From positions 5,269 to 69,268 of the forward strand of contig JBLHXN010000005.1 in NCBI GenBank assembly GCA_047630355.1: a stretch of DNA of 64,000 nt. Reading direction: 5' to 3'. Both the position numbers and the translations under genes were made by a program. Origin of the DNA: Spirosomataceae bacterium. GTDB lineage: Bacteria > Bacteroidota > Bacteroidia > Cytophagales > Spirosomataceae. Numbering within the stretch: the stretch's first letter is position 1; every line of letters starts with the position of its first letter. Positions 57,962 to 64,000 of the stretch are shown one piece after another. The notes under the pieces were generated by a model. It did not search any database and was not told the DNA's origin. It saw only the letters and a list, made by a program, of their open reading frames with translations.

Positions 57962-59590
57962 TTAGCTTGTTCCGCCTATCTTCAAACGCTGTCCAACCTT
58001 TACGGTATTGCTTCGCATATTGTTGAGACGTTTGATGTCGTTTATAGAAACGTTTGAATAACGCTGAGAAATGCTCCACAAGGTATCCCCACTCCGAACA
58101 GTATAATACTTCAAGGGTGTTGAGACTTGAGAGGGGCTGTTTTTAGCAATAACCGCATTTCCTTCAGTGTTTACGTACTGAGTTTCTTTAACGTACATTT
58201 TTAGTCGCTGACCCACTAAAATCTTTGACGAACGCAGGTTATTCCAACGTTTTACATCTTTGATGTAAACGTTATATCTATCCGCTATCGTTGACAGGTT
58301 TTCTCCACGACGGACTTTGTGGTATTTCGTTACTGTCTTTGTAACCGCTCGGGTACTGCCTGATGATAATTTTGCTGGCAAATCTTCTATGACGTTTACC
58401 GGTTTTGCGGCACTCCCGTTAGATCTATTACTTGTTGCAGCTGCCATTCGCTCGGCGTTCGCCAATGTTGTCTCGGCGAGTGACGTGTTGCCAAGGTAAG
58501 ACTGTGCAGACGCTTCCGCAAGAATATTTACGTGGTTTGATGTGAAATAATCATACCCGCTCAAAGGCAAATGTATTTCAAGGTTACGCGTGTGCGGAGG
58601 TAATTTATCTAACTTGATGTGTGGATTCAGTAATTGAATCTGATTATAATCTACGAAAGTCAATGCCGCAAATTTTTGCAAATCTAAGTAGCCGTTTATT
58701 CTGATTGGTCGGCTCGCAATTGGGTAAAGAATGTTTTCTGCGAAGATATTGTGATCTGCGGAGTAGTTCATCATGTACGCAATGGCAGTCCATTGCGGTA
58801 CGTAAGTGCGGGTATCACGTGGAATAAAATTGTGAATCTCCCAGTAATCCGTTTTTCCGGATCGACGTAATGCCCGGCGAATTGTACCCGGACCAGAATT
58901 GTAAGCCGCTAAAGCTAATTCCCAATCGTGAAACATTCCGTATAGTGTACGTAAATAACGACAAGCCGCATCCGTTGACTTTTCAATGTGCATCCGCTCG
59001 TCAACGTAATCATTGATTACAAGACCCTGTTCACGTCCGGTTGGAGACATAAACTGCCACAGACCAACTGCCTTTGACCTCGAAACTGCTTTTGGGTTAA
59101 GACCTGATTCAATCAAAGCGAGGTATTTCAATTCATCGGGCATATTATACTTTGCCAGATACTTTTCAAATACTGGAAAGTAGAAGTCTTTCTTCTCAAG
59201 CATCTCCTTCGTGAAACTCGGACGACGACGCATGAAAAAATCAATGAACTGAGAAGTGGTGCTATTATAAGTCATGGGCATGACCCCTTCAATTAGCTTT
59301 AGACGCCCCTGAAGAATGTTAGATTCTGCCGGAATAATATTATAAGCCTTTCCGTCTCGCTCATCAACCACAACCACCGTATTAAGCGTGATAATAGGCG
59401 GATTTGTAGAACGTAAATTTCCAATTTTTTGCGTATTAGGCTGCCTGTCTACTGATACGTCAATGTTAGTATTTGTTTGAGGAAGAAGTAGTGCTTCGTC
59501 AGGAATAATTGTTTGAGCGTATGAAACAGAAATCGAGCACAATACTCCTACACATAGCGAACCGAATCGCCTCATCTCAGTTTTAGTCAT
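57962..59590 (-). CDS. MltD-like lytic transglycosylase with two C-terminal LysM repeats
   Basis: 'ESGLNPKAVSRSKAVGLWQF', 'AAYNSGPG', and LysM modules 'HKVRRGENLSTIADRYN' and 'YTVRSGDTLWSISQRYS'. Start at ATG 59590 or 59575. Confidence 0.8.
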   Translation of the reverse strand: MTKTEMRRFGSLCVGVLCSISVSYAQTIIPDEALLLPQTNTNIDVSVDRQPNTQKIGNLRSTNPPIITLNTVVVVDERDGKAYNIIPAESNILQGRLKLIEGVMPMTYNSTTSQFIDFFMRRRPSFTKEMLEKKDFYFPVFEKYLAKYNMPDELKYLALIESGLNPKAVSRSKAVGLWQFMSPTGREQGLVINDYVDERMHIEKSTDAACRYLRTLYGMFHDWELALAAYNSGPGTIRRALRRSGKTDYWEIHNFIPRDTRTYVPQWTAIAYMMNYSADHNIFAENILYPIASRPIRINGYLDLQKFAALTFVDYNQIQLLNPHIKLDKLPPHTRNLEIHLPLSGYDYFTSNHVNILAEASAQSYLGNTSLAETTLANAERMAAATSNRSNGSAAKPVNVIEDLPAKLSSGSTRAVTKTVTKYHKVRRGENLSTIADRYNVYIKDVKRWNNLRSSKILVGQRLKMYVKETQYVNTEGNAVIAKNSPSQVSTPLKYYTVRSGDTLWSISQRYSNVSINDIKRLNNMRSNTVKVGQRLKIGGTS

Positions 59591-59724
59591 AAGTAAGTAG
59601 TAGATTTTGTCTTCTGACCTAGTCAGAAGTGCGGTTCTTATTAGAAAAGCTTTTTTCAAAACTATATTGCTTTTCTAACTATTTCAAGTTTTTGTAATTT
59701 TTAAACGATGAAAGAGCAAAATCT

Positions 59725-61152
59725 TTATACTTCGCTCAATGTTTTTGCAAATTTCAACAACTTATGTTCCTCAAATTCCCTGCCAAGAACCTGAAACCCG
59801 ATTGGTAGACCCTTTTTGTCGGTTCCGTTTGGTATTGAAATAGCCGGATATCCAATTACATTTGCCTGAACCGTATATATATCGGCCAGGTACATTTGGA
59901 TTGGATCTTTGCTTTTATCTCCAATTTTAAATGCCGTGGATGGAGTAGTAGGAGAGATGATAAAATCGTAGCTTTCAAGCAGCTCGTCGGTAGCATTTTT
60001 TATCAGTTGGCGTACCCGCTGAGCTTTCGTATAATAAGCATCGTAGTAGTCGGCACTCAACACAAACGTACCTATCATAATCCGTCTTTTTACTTCGTTT
60101 CCAAAGCCATCGCTACGGCTTTTCTTGTATAGTTCTTCGAGACTTTTTACTCCTTCTGTCCGGTATCCGTACCGAACGCCGTCGTAGCGGGAAAGGTTTG
60201 AACTTGCCTCAGCAGTGGTCAATATATAATACGTTGGTAACAAGTATTTCAAAAGCGGAAAATCAACGATTTCTACGGTGTGTCCGGCTGATTTTAGTGC
60301 TTCTATTTTCTCAAGTGTTTTTGCTTTTACTTCGGCATCCAGACCTTCGCTTTCGAGAGCTTCTTTGAAATATCCAATGCGGAAGTTTGCTGTGTTGTCG
60401 TCGAGGTTCTCGCTGTACTTCTCAACTTCTTTTGTAGAAACTGTACTATCAAAGTCATCGGCTCCCGCCATTACTTCTAATAATAATGCTGCATCTTTTA
60501 CCGAATTCGTAATCGGTCCAATGCAATCAAATGAAGAAGCATAAGCCGCTAATCCCCAACGGGAAATACGTCCGTAGGAAGGCTTGAACCCCACAACTCC
60601 ACAAAAAGCGGCGGGTTGCCGTACCGAACCTCCGGTGTCAGAACCGATGGAGGCGTGGCACATTCCGGACTGAACCGCTACGGCACTTGCACCAGATGAA
60701 CCTCCCGGAACGCGTTCCGTATCGGCAAAGTTACGGGTTACGCCAAACGCAGAGTTTTCGTTAGAAGAACCCATCGCGAATTCATCGCAATTTTGCCTTC
60801 CAATAATAATGGCATCTTCGTCGATTAATCGTTGAATAGCCGTGGCGGTAAATTGGGATTTAAAACCATTCAGAATCTTACTCGACGCTTGCAAGCCGTG
60901 GTCACGGTAGGCAAGCACGTCTTTAATTCCGATAACCATTCCAGCAAGTTTACCTGCTGTACCTTCTTTGATTTTTTGGTCAACTTCTTCCGCCCGACTT
61001 TTTGCTTTGTTGGCGTAAACTTCCAGGAATACGTTAAGCGTCGGATTTAATTCTTCAATACGATTGAGGAAATGGTTAACAATGGCAACGCAGGTAGCAT
61101 CGCCGTTTTGAATGTTCTTTGAAAACTGCTCAAATGAGGTGGTACTTTCCAT
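59725..61152 (-). CDS. gatA: Asp-tRNA(Asn)/Glu-tRNA(Gln) amidotransferase subunit A
   Basis: Amidase signature 'GGSSGASAVAV..GSDTGGSVRQPAAFCGVVGFKPSYG'. Confidence 0.9.
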   Translation of the reverse strand: MESTTSFEQFSKNIQNGDATCVAIVNHFLNRIEELNPTLNVFLEVYANKAKSRAEEVDQKIKEGTAGKLAGMVIGIKDVLAYRDHGLQASSKILNGFKSQFTATAIQRLIDEDAIIIGRQNCDEFAMGSSNENSAFGVTRNFADTERVPGGSSGASAVAVQSGMCHASIGSDTGGSVRQPAAFCGVVGFKPSYGRISRWGLAAYASSFDCIGPITNSVKDAALLLEVMAGADDFDSTVSTKEVEKYSENLDDNTANFRIGYFKEALESEGLDAEVKAKTLEKIEALKSAGHTVEIVDFPLLKYLLPTYYILTTAEASSNLSRYDGVRYGYRTEGVKSLEELYKKSRSDGFGNEVKRRIMIGTFVLSADYYDAYYTKAQRVRQLIKNATDELLESYDFIISPTTPSTAFKIGDKSKDPIQMYLADIYTVQANVIGYPAISIPNGTDKKGLPIGFQVLGREFEEHKLLKFAKTLSEV

Positions 61153-61244
61153 CAAAAATTTCAGTGGGTACAAAATAAAAAAAGCAACAGCCGTCAATAC
61201 AGTAGTTTAACGGTTGTTGCTAATATGATACATAAAAAAGATTC

Positions 61245-61445
61245 TTAATCTTCTTTGGCTGCTTTTTCGATGTTGTCTTTCACATCTTTAGTAGCGTCTT
61301 TGAATTCTTTGATTCCTTTTCCCAATCCTTTAGCGAGTTCAGGGAGTTTTTTCGCCCCGAACAACAATAAAACGATGAATAAAATTAAGAATATTTCGCC
61401 GCCACCTAAGTTAGGAAGGAATAGTAAAGTTGCTAATGTTGTCAT
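61245..61445 (-). CDS. tatA: Twin-arginine translocase TatA/TatE family subunit
   Basis: 66 aa. '[36 protein letters not shown]'. Confidence 0.85.
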   Translation of the reverse strand: MTTLATLLFLPNLGGGEIFLILFIVLLLFGAKKLPELAKGLGKGIKEFKDATKDVKDNIEKAAKED

Positions 61446-61579
61446 GTCTTTCTATTTGAGATATATGCTACAAATCTATAAATTAATCAGGAGAAATTCG
61501 AAAGATGTTCACTTTTTGTTGCCAATGTAATTGACTTATTCCTACAGTTAGAAAATTCTCAAAAAGGAAACTGATTTTA

Positions 61580-62017
61580 TTAGTTGTTTAAATCTTTATT
61601 CATCTCCCAGAGTTGAAATTTCTCCAACTCGTTTCCTAGTTTACTGATAACGAACGTAAGAAGAGCTAAATCATCAGCAAAACCAAGCACTGGTATAAAA
61701 TCTGGCATAAAATCAAGGGGAGATACGAAATAAATCAACGCTGCCACCACCGAAATAATGCTACCTCTTGATACGTCACGGTATTCGCCTGAAGCATAAT
61801 TCCTGACTAAACTAACAACAGAAGTAAGTTTGGCTCTAATATCGCTTAGCGTATTGTTGCCGCCACTGCCATTATTATTCGCTTTGGTAAATACATTTTT
61901 TAGTAAATTCAACAAGCCCGATGGGTCCTGAAGTATTTTTCCTGCTTTTCCTTTAGAGCGTTTATAAAAAATAGAAGTTAGTATTTGTTCTATCAGACTG
62001 GAGTTTTTAGTACTCAT
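61580..62017 (-). CDS. YkvA/DUF1232 family membrane protein
   Basis: 'VVAALIYFVSPLDFMPDFIPVLGFADDLALLTFVI'. Confidence 0.6.
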   Translation of the reverse strand: MSTKNSSLIEQILTSIFYKRSKGKAGKILQDPSGLLNLLKNVFTKANNNGSGGNNTLSDIRAKLTSVVSLVRNYASGEYRDVSRGSIISVVAALIYFVSPLDFMPDFIPVLGFADDLALLTFVISKLGNELEKFQLWEMNKDLNN

Positions 62018-62179
62018 TAAATGTAAAAAGTTACTGGTGATTACTACTTTAACAAAAATGACACGGAAAAAGTATCATTTGAGCTTTAAAACATAAAAAT
62101 ACAGTTCCGTCGATTCGCTTTTGTAGATTTTGTAGGATAATTTTGACTTTATTAACACAAAAACATAAACAACGTATAC

Positions 62180-63112
62180 ATGAAAGTTACAGTTATTGGT
62201 GCTGGTGCCGTTGGAGCAACCGCAGCTGACAATATTGCTCGTAAAGAAATTGCCGACGAAGTAGTACTTTTAGATATTAAAGAAGGCTACGCCGAAGGTA
62301 AAGCCATGGACTTAAACCAAACTGCTTCGATTGAAGGGTTTGATACGAGAATTATTGGCTCGACGAATGATTACGACAAAACTGCAAAGTCAGACGTGAT
62401 TGTTGTCACTTCGGGAATTCCACGCAAGCCGGGAATGACCCGCGAGGAATTGATTGGCATTAACGCCGGAATTGTCCGCACTGTAGTTTCAAACGCATTG
62501 GATGCTTCGCCAAAGGCAATTGTCCTTATTGTTTCAAACCCGATGGATACCATGACGTACCTGACGTATCAAATTGCTAAAGAACGCGGAATCAACAAAA
62601 AACGTATTTTAGGAATGGGCGGAGCACTTGATTCGGCTCGTTTCCGCTACCGTTTGAGCGAGGCAATGGGTTATTCACAGAACGATATTAACGGAATGGT
62701 TATCGGTGGTCATGGTGATAAAACTATGATTCCACTTACCCGCCTTGCCACTTGGAATGGTATTCCGGTAAGTCGTTTTATCAAACCTGACGATTTACAA
62801 GAAGTTGCTGCTAAAACAATGGTGGGTGGTGCTACGCTAACAGGTTTGCTTGGAACTTCGGCTTGGTATGCTCCCGGAGCGGCGATTGGTCAAGTGGTTG
62901 AGTCAATTTTACGTGACGAGAAGAAAATAATTCCTTCGTGCGTTTTCCTAAACGGAGAGTACGGCGAGAAGGATATTTGCATCGGTGTGCCGGTAGTTAT
63001 CGGACGCAGTGGTTGGGAGAAAATCATCAACTTACGTTTGAGCAACGACGAAAAAGAAGCTTTCAAAGCATCTGCTGAAGCGGTTCGGGCGATGAATGCA
63101 GCGATTGCATAA
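62180..63112 (+). CDS. mdh: Malate dehydrogenase (LDH-like type)
   Basis: 'MKVTVIGAGAVGATAA', 'GIPRKPGMTREEL', 'MVIGGHGD'. 310 aa. Confidence 0.9.
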   Translation: MKVTVIGAGAVGATAADNIARKEIADEVVLLDIKEGYAEGKAMDLNQTASIEGFDTRIIGSTNDYDKTAKSDVIVVTSGIPRKPGMTREELIGINAGIVRTVVSNALDASPKAIVLIVSNPMDTMTYLTYQIAKERGINKKRILGMGGALDSARFRYRLSEAMGYSQNDINGMVIGGHGDKTMIPLTRLATWNGIPVSRFIKPDDLQEVAAKTMVGGATLTGLLGTSAWYAPGAAIGQVVESILRDEKKIIPSCVFLNGEYGEKDICIGVPVVIGRSGWEKIINLRLSNDEKEAFKASAEAVRAMNAAIA

Positions 63113-63134
63113 TTAGCAAAACTTTCGATAGATG

Positions 63135-63169
63135 GAAATCCTGTCAGTACATCCTGACAGGATTTTTTT
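63135..63169 (+). terminator. Intrinsic terminator of mdh
   Basis: AAATCCTGTCAG (63135-63146) pairs with CTGACAGGATTT (63153-63164), followed by a T-run. Confidence 0.75.
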
Positions 63170-63263
63170 GTTTTTATGGTCGTGTATAAATTACTTTTTG
63201 TAATGTTTAATTTACAATTAGTAATTTGCAAGTTACATTTGTTTTCACTTAAATGAAAATGAT

Positions 63264-63749
63264 ATGAAATCTCCGTTGTTGCTTCCGCATGGATTCAGGT
63301 TAGTCGGTATTATGTTGTTAATTTTGTTTGCCATATTATTCACGCTATTACAATTTGAGTTTGAATTCAGACACGTTTTTGATGATATTCCTGTCTTTGC
63401 AATTTGGAATAGTGGTATTTTGAGCGAAGGGGAAAAAGAGTTGTTTTTAATCACCCGCGAAAATTTAGAGTTCGAAATAATAAGCTCTTTAGCCATTATT
63501 GGTTTATTATTCGTGGCGTTCTCCAAACAAAAAAACGAAGACGAGTTTCTAATGAAAGTCCGGTTAGATGCGTTGCTTTGGGCAACCTATTTTCATTACG
63601 CAATCTTACTCGTCAGTTTGTTCACAGTTTACGGAATAGGCTTTATGCATGTGTTGATCGCAAATATGTTCGCTCTTTTAGTAATATTTATTCTGCGTTT
63701 CTACTATTTACTTCTTATGAACGCCCAAACTTTACAAAATGAAGAATAA
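63264..63749 (+). CDS. Small multi-pass membrane protein (uncharacterised)
   Basis: 161 aa with four to five hydrophobic helices. Its stop overlaps the next gene by 11 nt. Confidence 0.4.
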   Translation: MKSPLLLPHGFRLVGIMLLILFAILFTLLQFEFEFRHVFDDIPVFAIWNSGILSEGEKELFLITRENLEFEIISSLAIIGLLFVAFSKQKNEDEFLMKVRLDALLWATYFHYAILLVSLFTVYGIGFMHVLIANMFALLVIFILRFYYLLLMNAQTLQNEE

Positions 63750-63939
63750 TTTGAAAGTAGAACGTGCCATTTTGAACATCACACAGGGACAATTAGCGGA
63801 GAAAGTTGGCGTTAGCCGACAAACAATTAATGCTATTGAGCTGGGGAAATATAATCTCTCAACAATTCTCGCTTTGAAAATCTCTGAAGTTTGCAGCAAA
63901 AAAGTAAACGATATTTTTATGTTGGAAGAAACAGATTAG
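63739..63939 (+). CDS. XRE-family helix-turn-helix transcriptional regulator (66 aa)
   Basis: 'ITQGQLAEKVGVSRQTINAIELGKYNLS' is a classic Cro/C1 HTH. Confidence 0.8.
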   Translation: MKNNLKVERAILNITQGQLAEKVGVSRQTINAIELGKYNLSTILALKISEVCSKKVNDIFMLEETD

Positions 63940-63964
63940 TGAAAAAAACAACGCAAATGTATTG

Positions 63965-63994
63965 GTAGGGGCGTGGTGATGGTAGTAGGGGCGT
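63965..63994. repeat. Two direct copies of GTAGGGGCGT spaced 20 nt apart, cut by the window end
   Basis: Copies at 63965-63974 and 63985-63994. This is a G-rich motif in an otherwise AT-rich intergenic tail. Its extent is unknown because the window ends at 64000. Confidence 0.25.
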
Positions 63995-64000
63995 AAAATC

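Noticed and set aside
1-64000. Search for CRISPR arrays, IS elements or transposases, integrases, prophage genes, and defence or toxin-antitoxin systems.
   Set aside because: I found no direct-repeat arrays, no DDE, tyrosine- or serine-recombinase motifs, no reverse transcriptase, nuclease-NTPase or abortive-infection signatures, and no flanking tRNA or att-like repeats.

Overview
This 64 kb window looks like ordinary chromosome from a Bacteroidota genome, probably Cytophagales-like. The basis is three SusC/SusD-type loci, many lipoproteins, no Shine-Dalgarno usage and about 40-45% GC by eye. I support about 57 protein-coding genes, four decayed genes, and a set of intrinsic-terminator hairpins.

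Main content:
- Housekeeping genes: rimP-nusA-infB, gatA, tatA, mdh, glgB, nadE, hpt and coaX.
- Envelope genes: two MltD/LysM lytic transglycosylases, an OmpA-family lipoprotein, an Amidase_2 lipoprotein and a fasciclin protein.
- Other modules: one intact OmpR/HisKA two-component pair, a CPA2 antiporter, and an egtB-egtD (ergothioneine-type) pair.
- Not found: rRNA, tRNA, CRISPR arrays, IS or transposase genes, integrases, phage genes, or any recognisable defence or toxin system.

I do not see a clear-cut novel system. The observations most worth a second look are:
1. A SusC/SusD locus whose only linked enzyme is a PD40-propeller/amidohydrolase fusion, preceded by a peptidoglycan amidase.
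2. The two-gene egtBD module, followed by a tight operon of exported hydrolase, ACT protein and exported ADP-ribosylglycohydrolase.
3. A high density of inactivated genes in the first 37 kb. These are a GNAT with two frameshifts plus a TAG, an orphan response regulator with a TAA in its acidic pocket, a propeller lipoprotein split by one TAG, and a GH3 relic.
4. A terminator-like hairpin in the rimP-nusA-infB leader.
5. A decayed junction holding DUF2256 and TIGR03643-type small ORFs without a photolyase.

All product calls come from motif recognition by eye. No BLAST, HMM or RNA-folding run was possible. Start codons were chosen at the first plausible ATG where the ORF track began at an alternative start.
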